Positions 42,507 to 49,424 of a DNA stretch of 49,424 nucleotides are shown one piece after another; the stretch's first letter is position 1, and each line of letters starts with the position of its first letter. The position numbers were made by a program, and so were the translations under genes. The DNA comes from Acidobacteriota bacterium (lineage in GTDB: Bacteria; Acidobacteriota; Vicinamibacteria; Vicinamibacterales; 2-12-FULL-66-21): positions 1 to 49,424 of the forward strand of contig JBKPRU010000021.1 of the NCBI GenBank assembly GCA_046734675.1. The letters run 5' to 3'. The notes beneath the pieces are model-generated. The model did no database searches, was not told the origin of the DNA, and saw only the letters and a program-made list of their open reading frames with translations.

Positions 42507-42950
42507 TTACGCCAACACTTCGGCCCGACCGCCGGCCGCTGCGATCTTCTCCGCCGCCTTGCCGCTGAACTTGTGCGCGCGCACCGTGAACGCCTTCCCG
42601 ATGTCGCCGCGCGCCAGCACCTTGATCTCGCCGGCACGCCCGACCAGGCCGCGCTCGCGCAGCAACTCCGGCGTGATCTCCGTGCCCGCCTCGAACCGCT
42701 CCGCGATCGCGTCGAGGTTCACCACCTCGTACTCCTTGCGGAACGGGTTGTGGAACCCGCGCTTCGGTACGCGACGGTGCAGCGGCATCTGGCCGCCTTC
42801 GAACCCGCGCTTGTGCTTGAAGCCTGAACGCGACTTCGCGCCCTTGTGACCGCGCCCCGCCTGCGCGCCCTGGCCGGAGCCCTGACCGCGGCCGACGCGC
42901 TTCTTCGAGTGCTTCGCGCCCTTGGGCGGACGCAGATTTGAGAGATCCAT
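42507..42950 (-). CDS. rplO: 50S ribosomal protein L15
   Basis: [37 protein letters not shown]... Confidence 0.93.
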   Translation of the reverse strand: MDLSNLRPPKGAKHSKKRVGRGQGSGQGAQAGRGHKGAKSRSGFKHKRGFEGGQMPLHRRVPKRGFHNPFRKEYEVVNLDAIAERFEAGTEITPELLRERGLVGRAGEIKVLARGDIGKAFTVRAHKFSGKAAEKIAAAGGRAEVLA

Positions 42951-42954
42951 TCCC

Positions 42955-43164
42955 CTACTCCCCGACGTCCACGAGGTGGCGCACCTTGAGGATCATCCCG
43001 CGCGTCGCGGGCGTGTCCGGCAGTTCCACCGAATGGCCGATGCGGCGCAGGCCCATGCCCTGGACCACCTTCGCCTGTTCCTTGTTGAAGCCGATCGTGC
43101 TCTTGCGCAGCGTAATCCGCAGCCTTGGCCCTGTCTGCGGCTTCGTCGATTTCCTCTGAGGCAT
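42955..43164 (-). CDS. rpmD: 50S ribosomal protein L30
   Basis: ...[51 protein letters not shown]. Confidence 0.9.
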   Translation of the reverse strand: MPQRKSTKPQTGPRLRITLRKSTIGFNKEQAKVVQGMGLRRIGHSVELPDTPATRGMILKVRHLVDVGE

Positions 43165-43679
43165 TAGCGCGCCTCCACCGCTTCTTCTTCGCGGCCGCGG
43201 AGCCGCAGCACCGCGCTGGGATCCTTCAGCCCGCGCAGGCCCGCAAAGGTCGCCCGCACCACGTTGTGCGGATTCGCCGAGCCGATCGACTTGGTCAGTA
43301 CGTTCTGGATGCCCGCCGACTCGACGACCGCGCGGACCGCGCCGCCGGCGATGATACCGGTGCCGTCCGGCGCCGGCTTGAGCAGCACCTGGCCCGCGCC
43401 AAAGCGGCCGACCACCGGGTGCGGCACCGTCGTGCCCTTCAGCGGGACGCGGATCAACGACTTCTTCGCCGCCTCGATCCCCTTCTTGATCGCCGAGGGG
43501 ACTTCCTTCGCCTTGCCGACGCCGAAGCCCACCACGCCGTGGCCGTCACCGATCACGACCAGCGCGCTGAAGCTCAGGTTCTTGCCGCCCTTGACGACCT
43601 TGGTGACGCGGCTGATGTTGACGACCGTGTCCTTCAGGTCCAGCTGCGACGCGTCGATCTTTTCGCGACTCTCAAACAT
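43164..43679 (-). CDS. rpsE: 30S ribosomal protein S5
   Basis: ...[46 protein letters not shown]... Confidence 0.93.
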   Translation of the reverse strand: MFESREKIDASQLDLKDTVVNISRVTKVVKGGKNLSFSALVVIGDGHGVVGFGVGKAKEVPSAIKKGIEAAKKSLIRVPLKGTTVPHPVVGRFGAGQVLLKPAPDGTGIIAGGAVRAVVESAGIQNVLTKSIGSANPHNVVRATFAGLRGLKDPSAVLRLRGREEEAVEAR

Positions 43680-43683
43680 AAGT

Positions 43684-43735
43684 TATCCGTGTCTATCCGT
43701 GTCCATCCGTGGTGGATCGATCCGTGCGGCCGTGG
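43684..43735. repeat. ATCCGTG heptamer direct repeats (x4) around a GGATCGATCC palindrome (rplR-rpsE spacer)
   Basis: TTATCCGTGTCTATCCGTGTCCATCCGTGGTGGATCGATCCGTGCGG. Confidence 0.75.
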
Positions 43736-43736
43736 C

Positions 43737-44111
43737 TCAGAATTCCAAGCCTGCTTCGCGCGCCGCTTCGGCGACCGCGCGAATGCGCCCGTGATACAGG
43801 TAGCCGCCGCGGTCGAACACGACGCGCGTGATGCCCTTTTCCTTCAGCCGCGCCGCGATCGTCTTCCCCAGCGCCTGCGCGCCGGTGACATTGCCGCCGC
43901 GGCTCTTGTCGCTGAACACGCTCTTCAGCGACGGCTCGGTGCTCGCCGCCGACGCGATCGTCGTCCCGCTCATGTCGTCGATGACCTGCGCGTAGATGTG
44001 CGACACGCTGCGGAACACGCGCAGCCGCGGCCGCTCCGCCGTGCCGCTAATCCGCTTGCGCTGCCGCAGCGCGATCCGCGTGCGGCGATCCTTATTGGTC
44101 TTGATCTTCAT
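43737..44111 (-). CDS. rplR: 50S ribosomal protein L18
   Basis: ...[27 protein letters not shown]...[28 protein letters not shown]. Confidence 0.93.
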   Translation of the reverse strand: MKIKTNKDRRTRIALRQRKRISGTAERPRLRVFRSVSHIYAQVIDDMSGTTIASAASTEPSLKSVFSDKSRGGNVTGAQALGKTIAARLKEKGITRVVFDRGGYLYHGRIRAVAEAAREAGLEF

Positions 44112-44131
44112 ATCGACTATTCCGTTCAGTC

Positions 44132-44184
44132 GTAGGCCGGGTCTTTAGACCCGGCGATGCGGCGGGTCTAAAGACCCGCCCTAC
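44132..44184. repeat. Family B REP pair in inverted orientation (rplF-rplR spacer)
   Basis: GTAGGCCGGGTCTTTAGACCCGGC and GGCGGGTCTAAAGACCCGCCCTAC. Confidence 0.9.
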
Positions 44185-44194
44185 GTGCTGAGGC

Positions 44195-44734
44195 CTATTT
44201 CGCGCCGGTCTTGCCGGCCTTCTTCTTCAGCACTTCGCCCGTGTAGCGGACGCCCTTCTGCTTGTACGGGTCCGGCTTGCGCAGCGCGCGAATGTCCGCC
44301 GCGACCTGCCCGACCAGCTGACGGTCGATCCCGGTCACCGTCACGTGCGTCTGCTTGTCGATGGCGACGTCGATACCGGTCGGGATGTCGAACACCACCG
44401 GGTGCGAATACCCGAGCGCGAAGTGTACCTGCTTGCCCTTGAGCTCGGCACGATAGCCGACGCCGACGATGTCGAGGTCCTTGCGAAAGCCTTCGGTGAC
44501 GCCGCGCACCGCGTTGGCAACGAGGCTCCGCGCGAGGCCGTGGAACTTGCCCAGCTCCGGATCGTCGCGCAGCGTCTTCGCCTGCAGCTGATCGCCGTTC
44601 ACTTCGAAGCCGATCCCGGCCGGCAGCGGCTGGCGCAGCTTGCCCTTTGGACCCTGGACTTCGACGACGCCCGGCTGGACGTCGACTTTCACGCCCTTGG
44701 GGATCGCAATGATCTTCTTACCAATTCGAGACAT
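44195..44734 (-). CDS. rplF: 50S ribosomal protein L6
   Basis: [33 protein letters not shown]... Confidence 0.93.
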   Translation of the reverse strand: MSRIGKKIIAIPKGVKVDVQPGVVEVQGPKGKLRQPLPAGIGFEVNGDQLQAKTLRDDPELGKFHGLARSLVANAVRGVTEGFRKDLDIVGVGYRAELKGKQVHFALGYSHPVVFDIPTGIDVAIDKQTHVTVTGIDRQLVGQVAADIRALRKPDPYKQKGVRYTGEVLKKKAGKTGAK

Positions 44735-44745
44735 GGGATATAGCT

Positions 44746-44828
44746 CTCAGCTTTCAGCCACCAGCTGCCGGCTGCCAGCGACCAGCGTCGTTCGTTCGCG
44801 CTGGTGGCTGGCGGCTGGCCGCTGACGG
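44746..44828. repeat. Family C hairpin, copy C4
   Basis: CTCAGCTTTCAGCCACCAGCTGCCGGCTGCCAGCGACCAGCG...CGCTGGTGGCTGGCGGCTGGCCGCTGAC. Confidence 0.88.
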
Positions 44829-45230
44829 CTACCACACATTACAGAGCACTTCGCCGCCGACGCCCGCCTTGACCGCCTCGCGGCCGGTCATGACGCCGCG
44901 CGACGTCGTCAGGATGCTGGTGCCGAGGCCGGCCAGCACGTCGGGCACTTCGTCGCGTCCGAAGTAGACGCGGCGGCCCGGACGGCTCACCCGCTGGATG
45001 CCGGTGATCACGCGCTCGCCGCGCGGCCCGTACTTCAGGAAGATCCTGAGGGTCGCCTGCGGCTCGCCGTTCTGCGGCTCCAGCACTTTCGAGCCCTGGA
45101 TGTAGCCTTCGCTCTCCAGGATGCGCGCGATCTCCACCTTCAGCCGGGAGGAGGGCATGTCGACCCGCGGATGCCGCGACTGGGTCGCGTTGCGGATCCG
45201 GGCGAGCATGTCTGCGATAGGGTCAGTCAT
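44829..45230 (-). CDS. rpsH: 30S ribosomal protein S8
   Basis: MTDPIADMLARIRNATQS... ATG 45230 with GAGG upstream. The track start is a TTG three codons earlier. Confidence 0.92.
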   Translation of the reverse strand: MTDPIADMLARIRNATQSRHPRVDMPSSRLKVEIARILESEGYIQGSKVLEPQNGEPQATLRIFLKYGPRGERVITGIQRVSRPGRRVYFGRDEVPDVLAGLGTSILTTSRGVMTGREAVKAGVGGEVLCNVW

Positions 45231-45248
45231 AAGCCTCAAACCTTCGAT

Positions 45249-45316
45249 GTCAGCTATCAGCTGCCTGCCTACCAGCTGCCAGCTTGCGGCTGGTCGCTGG
45301 GGGCTGGTGGCTTGTC
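45249..45316. repeat. Family C hairpin, copy C5
   Basis: GTCAGCTATCAGCTGCCTGCCTACCAGCTGCCAGC-TTGC-GGCTGGTCGCTGGGGGCTGGTGGCTTG. Confidence 0.85.
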
Positions 45317-45317
45317 C

Positions 45318-45503
45318 TTACCAGCTGCTTTTGGTCACGCCTGCGATGTCGCCCTCGAGCGCCAGCTGGCGGAAACAGAGGCGGCACAGTGCGAACTTGC
45401 GGATGTAGGCGCGCGGCCGGCCGCAGCGGCGGCAGCGGTTGCGCAGCCGGATCTTGTACTTCGGGGCCTTGGTTTCCTTCGCGATCTTTGCAGTAGTGGC
45501 CAT
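45318..45503 (-). CDS. rpsN: 30S ribosomal protein S14, type Z (zinc-binding)
   Basis: 61 aa with CRRCGRP...CRLCFR. Confidence 0.92.
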   Translation of the reverse strand: MATTAKIAKETKAPKYKIRLRNRCRRCGRPRAYIRKFALCRLCFRQLALEGDIAGVTKSSW

Positions 45504-45508
45504 GGGCG

Positions 45509-46051
45509 TTAGCTAGTCCTGAACGGCATGCCGAGAAGCTGCAGCAGCTTGCGCGACTCCTCGTCGGTCTTTGCCGTCGTCACGACCGAGATGTTCATGC
45601 CGCGCGCCTTGTCGACCTTCATGTAGTCGATTTCGGGGAACAGCAGCTGATCCTTGAGGCCGAGCGTGTAGTTGCCGCGGCCGTCGAAGCCGCGCGGCGA
45701 CACGCCGCGGAAATCGCGCACGCGCGGCAGCGCCACCGCCATCAGGCGGTCGAGGAACTCCCACATGCGCGCGCCGCGGAGCGTGACCATGGTGCCGATC
45801 GGCATGCCCTTGCGGACCTTGAACTGCGCGATCGACTTCTTCGCGCGCGTCACCACCGGCTTCTGACCGGTGATCCGTCCGAGCTCGTCGGCGCCGGTGT
45901 CGACGATCTTCGCGTTCTGCGTCGCCTCGCCGAGACCCATGTTGACGACCACCTTCTCGATCTTCGGGATGGCCATCACGTTCTTGTAGCCGAACTCTTT
46001 CTTGAGCGCCGGCACGACTTCCTTGCTGTAACGATCCCTCAGGCGGCTCAT
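45509..46051 (-). CDS. rplE: 50S ribosomal protein L5
   Basis: [43 protein letters not shown]... Its ATG overlaps the rplX stop. Confidence 0.93.
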   Translation of the reverse strand: MSRLRDRYSKEVVPALKKEFGYKNVMAIPKIEKVVVNMGLGEATQNAKIVDTGADELGRITGQKPVVTRAKKSIAQFKVRKGMPIGTMVTLRGARMWEFLDRLMAVALPRVRDFRGVSPRGFDGRGNYTLGLKDQLLFPEIDYMKVDKARGMNISVVTTAKTDEESRKLLQLLGMPFRTS

Positions 46052-46380
46052 TTGTCTACCACTCCCTCGCACTTCCGGCAGATGCGGACCTTCCGCCCGT
46101 CGCCGAGGATCTTGCGGCCGATGCGCGTCGCCTTGCCGCACTCGGGACAGACCACCTGGACGTTCGACGCGTGCAGCGGCGCCTCGCGCTCGACGAGGCC
46201 TCCCTTGATCTGCCGCGCCGGGTTCGGCTTGGTGTGACGCTTGATGATGTTCACGCCTTCGACGATGACGCGGTTCTTCTCGGGCAGGACCTTCAGCACG
46301 CGTCCGCGCTTGCCGCGGTCCTTGCCGGTCATGACGATCACGTTGTCGTTCCGGCGCACGGGGGTTTGTAGTCTCGACAT
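46048..46380 (-). CDS. rplX: 50S ribosomal protein L24 (with a C-terminal CxxC...CxxC tail)
   Basis: ...[45 protein letters not shown]...CPECGKATR...CRKCEG. Confidence 0.92.
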   Translation of the reverse strand: MSRLQTPVRRNDNVIVMTGKDRGKRGRVLKVLPEKNRVIVEGVNIIKRHTKPNPARQIKGGLVEREAPLHASNVQVVCPECGKATRIGRKILGDGRKVRICRKCEGVVDK

Positions 46381-46382
46381 TT

Positions 46383-46452
46383 GTCAGCTTCCAGCTACCA
46401 GCTACCAGCTATCAGCCTCCAGCTGCCAGCTTGCTGCTGGTGGCTGGCGGCT
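46383..46452. repeat. Family C hairpin, copy C6
   Basis: GTCAGCTTCCAGCTACCAGCTACCAGCTATCAGCCTCCAGCTGCCAGC-TTGC-TGCTGGTGGCTGGCGGCT. Confidence 0.88.
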
Positions 46453-46465
46453 TTCGCGCTCGCGC

Positions 46466-46834
46466 TTAGAGCACCTCGGGCGCGAGCGAAATGATCTTCA
46501 TGAAACGGCGCTCGCGCAGCTCGCGCGCGACCGGACCGAACACGCGCGTGCCGATCGGCTCGCCCTGATCGTTGACGAGCACGGCGGCGTTGCGATCGAA
46601 GCGGATGTAGCTGCCGTCCTTACGGCGCTGCTCCTTGCGGGTCCGGACGATCACCGCCTTCACCACCTGCCCCTTCTTGACGTTGCCGTCGGGGGTGGCT
46701 TCCTTCACCGACGCGGTGATGATGTCGCCCAGACGCGCGTAGCGGCCGGTCGATCCGCCGATCGGGTTGATGACGGCGATCTTGCGCGCGCCGGAATTGT
46801 CGGCGACGTCGAGAATCGATCGCATCTGGATCAT
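46466..46834 (-). CDS. rplN: 50S ribosomal protein L14
   Basis: [27 protein letters not shown]... Confidence 0.93.
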   Translation of the reverse strand: MIQMRSILDVADNSGARKIAVINPIGGSTGRYARLGDIITASVKEATPDGNVKKGQVVKAVIVRTRKEQRRKDGSYIRFDRNAAVLVNDQGEPIGTRVFGPVARELRERRFMKIISLAPEVL

Positions 46835-46836
46835 GG

Positions 46837-47091
46837 CTAGATCTCCTTCGCCTTCTCGACGATCGAGGTCACGACCCAGCGCTTGCGGCGGCTGAGCGGC
46901 CGCGTCTCGGTGATCGCGACCTTATCGCCGATCTTCGCTTCGTTCTTCTCGTCGTGCGCGAGGAAGGTCGAGGTGCGGCGCTGCGTCTTGCCGTAAAGCG
47001 GATCGCGCACCTGACGCTCGATCGCGACCTTCACGGTCTTGTTCATCTTGTCGCTGACGACCACGCCAGTGACGATTGCCTTGGTCGCCAT
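46837..47091 (-). CDS. rpsQ: 30S ribosomal protein S17
   Basis: ...[42 protein letters not shown]... Confidence 0.92.
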   Translation of the reverse strand: MATKAIVTGVVVSDKMNKTVKVAIERQVRDPLYGKTQRRTSTFLAHDEKNEAKIGDKVAITETRPLSRRKRWVVTSIVEKAKEI

Positions 47092-47094
47092 CGC

Positions 47095-47286
47095 CTACAC
47101 CGTCTCCTTCTCGCGCAGTACCGTCTTGACGCGCGCCAGGTCGCGGCGCAGCGTCTTGAGCTTGTGGGCCGCCTCGAGCTGCCCCATCGACTTCTGGATG
47201 CGCAGCCGGAACAGCTGATCGTCCAGGTCCTTCTCGCGCTGCCGCAGCTCGTCGCTCCCGAGATCGCGGAACTCGCCGATCTTCAT
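47095..47286 (-). CDS. rpmC: 50S ribosomal protein L29
   Basis: [61 protein letters not shown]. Its ATG overlaps the rplP stop (ATGA). The rest of track ORF 47095..47646 is shadow sequence. Confidence 0.9.
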   Translation of the reverse strand: MKIGEFRDLGSDELRQREKDLDDQLFRLRIQKSMGQLEAAHKLKTLRRDLARVKTVLREKETV

Positions 47287-47708
47287 GACGCCTTCTCCTC
47301 CGCGAACCGCGTCGCAAACTTGGTCTTGATGGGGAGCTTGGCCGCCGCGAGACGCATCGCTTCGCGCGCTTCCGTCTCGTTCACCCCTTCCATCTCGAAC
47401 AGGATCCGCCCGGGCCGGACAACGCACACCCACTGTTCGGGCGCGCCCTTGCCCTTGCCCATGCGCGTTTCCTGCGGCTTCTTCGTGATCGGCTTGTCGG
47501 GGAACACGCGTACCCAGATCTTGCCGCCGCGCTTGATGAAGCGGGTCATCGCCACGCGCGCCGCCTCGATCTGCCGGTCGGTGATCCACGCCGGCTCCAT
47601 CGCCTTCAAGCCGTAGTCGCCGAACGACACGTCCGATCCGCGCCACGCTTTCCCGGCCATGCGACCGCGCTGCTGCTTGCGGTACTTGACCTTCTTCGGC
47701 ATCAACAT
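47283..47708 (-). CDS. rplP: 50S ribosomal protein L16
   Basis: [36 protein letters not shown]... Confidence 0.93.
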   Translation of the reverse strand: MLMPKKVKYRKQQRGRMAGKAWRGSDVSFGDYGLKAMEPAWITDRQIEAARVAMTRFIKRGGKIWVRVFPDKPITKKPQETRMGKGKGAPEQWVCVVRPGRILFEMEGVNETEAREAMRLAAAKLPIKTKFATRFAEEKAS

Positions 47709-47723
47709 GCCAGTAATCCTCGT

Positions 47724-47820
47724 GTTCCCGGTTCCCGGTTCCCCGTTCCCGGTTCGTCTTCAGTTCACCGTTCGTGGTTCCGTGACCGGAACCCGGAAAT
47801 CGAACCGGGAACCCGGAACG
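47724..47820. repeat. simple-repeat hairpin, unit GTTCCCG (rpsC-rplP spacer)
   Basis: Left arm GTTCCCGGTTCCCGGTTCCCCGTTCCCGGTTCG. Right arm GACCGGAACCCGGAAATCGAACCGGGAACCCGGAACG. Confidence 0.88.
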
Positions 47821-47843
47821 TGAAACCTGGAACGACGGTTTTG

Positions 47844-48533
<690 letters not shown>

Positions 48534-48552
48534 GTGTGAACTCCCTCTATTT

Positions 48553-48625
48553 GCGATCAGTGATCTCTGAGTGGCGATTCACAAATCACCCCATTTCAAA
48601 TCACTAATCACTAATCACTAATCAG
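48553..48625. repeat. simple-repeat element, unit AATCACT x4 with a degenerate complementary arm (rplV-rpsC spacer)
   Basis: GCGATCAGTGATCTCTGAGTGGCGATTCACAAATCAC...AAATCACTAATCACTAATCACTAATCAG. It is strikingly AT-rich for this genome. Confidence 0.8.
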
Positions 48626-48638
48626 AAACGGCCTACGC

Positions 48639-49082
48639 CTACGCCGACGCCCCCGCCTTCTTTGCCCCACGCGGCGCTTTCTTGGCGCCCGCCGCCTTGC
48701 CCGTGTCGCCTTGCGCCCCGACCGCCGCAATCTTCAACGGCTTCTCCACCACGACGACGGTGAGGTGCGCCGTCCGCTTCACCACGCGAAACGCGCGACC
48801 CATGGGCGCCGGGCGGACGCGCTTCATCGACGGTCCCTGATTCGCGTAGCAGGCAGCCACATACAGACGATCGATGTCGCCGCTGAAGCCGTCCTTCTGC
48901 TGCACGTTCGCGACCGCGGACCGCAGCACCTTGGCCAGATCGCGCGCAATGGTCTTGCGCGTGAACTGCAGGGTGGCGAGCGCCTGATTGACGTTCTTGC
49001 CGCGAATCAACTCGCACACCAGCCCCGCCTTCTGGGCCGACGTGCGGATACCGCGCGCTGTTGCCTGTGCTTCGATTGCCAT
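48639..49082 (-). CDS. rplV: 50S ribosomal protein L22 (Lys/Ala-rich C-terminal tail)
   Basis: MAIEAQATARGIRTSAQKAGLVCELIRGKNVNQALATLQFT... Confidence 0.92.
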   Translation of the reverse strand: MAIEAQATARGIRTSAQKAGLVCELIRGKNVNQALATLQFTRKTIARDLAKVLRSAVANVQQKDGFSGDIDRLYVAACYANQGPSMKRVRPAPMGRAFRVVKRTAHLTVVVVEKPLKIAAVGAQGDTGKAAGAKKAPRGAKKAGASA

Positions 49083-49099
49083 GCTTGTCTACGAGGCCG

Positions 49100-49405
49100 T
49101 TACGCCTTCGCTCCGGCCGCCGGCGCTGCGGCCGCGGCCTTCTCGGTCTTCGTCGTGTGCCCCTTGAAGGTCCGCGTCGGCGCGAACTCGCCGAGCTTGT
49201 GGCCCACCATGTTCTCCGTCACGTACACCGGGATGAACTTCTTCCCGTTGTGCACGGCCATCGTGTGGCCGACCATTTCCGGCACCACCGTCGAACGGCG
49301 CGACCAGGTCTTGATGACCTTCTTCTCGTTCGCGCGATTCATCGCCTCGAGCTTCTCGAGCAGCGGCGTATCGACGAACGGCCCCTTCTTTGTTGATCGA
49401 CTCAT
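49100..49405 (-). CDS. rpsS: 30S ribosomal protein S19
   Basis: [23 protein letters not shown]...[38 protein letters not shown]. Confidence 0.93.
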   Translation of the reverse strand: MSRSTKKGPFVDTPLLEKLEAMNRANEKKVIKTWSRRSTVVPEMVGHTMAVHNGKKFIPVYVTENMVGHKLGEFAPTRTFKGHTTKTEKAAAAAPAAGAKA

Positions 49406-49407
49406 GG

Positions 49408-49424
49408 TTATTTCGTTCTCCGCT
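49408..49424 (-). CDS. rplB: probable 3' end of 50S ribosomal protein L2 (only the last few codons)
   Basis: TAA at 49410-49408 preceded by ...RRTK. The call rests on position in the canonical S10 operon order; there is too little sequence to verify it. Confidence 0.35.

Overview
High-GC bacterial chromosomal segment with no rRNA, tRNA, CRISPR or transposase gene that I could see. Most long ORFs in the supplied track are Arg/Ala/Pro-rich shadow frames. I kept only frames with recognisable protein-like sequence.

(1) 1-21109, minus strand: a type IV pilus cluster. In transcription order it runs pilB, pilT, pilC, pilS, pilR, three PilA-type pilins, two tandem YfhO-family membrane proteins, a fourth pilin-like domain, a VKOR-DsbA fusion, an ABC ATPase, an ABC-2 permease, a helical-repeat protein, pilD and a second PAS histidine kinase. 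As I recall, this matches the Myxococcus xanthus pil gene order, with an extra accessory block inserted after the pilins.

(2) 21419-35444: an outer-membrane beta-barrel protein, a Yip1/MacA/MacB/MacB operon, a GxxExxY (PD-(D/E)XK) gene cassette on the opposite strand, a GH3 beta-glucosidase, an EF-G paralogue and an S8 peptidase with a duplicated C-terminal domain.

(3) 35621-49424, minus strand: the end of the S10 operon plus the spc and alpha ribosomal operons in canonical order (rplB end, rpsS ... rplO, secY, adk, map, infA, rpmJ, rpsM, rpsK, rpsD, rpoA, rplQ).

The most unusual content is non-coding. Family A is a composite multi-hairpin element with 5 copies, always in sense orientation between co-directional genes. 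Family B is a REP/BIME-like family (GTAG plus palindrome). One Family B array sits in-frame inside a YfhO gene, and another replaces the stop/start junction between that gene and a pilin. In the ribosomal operon, 13 intercistronic spacers are enlarged by long hairpin or repeat elements, most built from short tandem repeats and their complement. The same arm architecture flanks the GxxExxY cassette.
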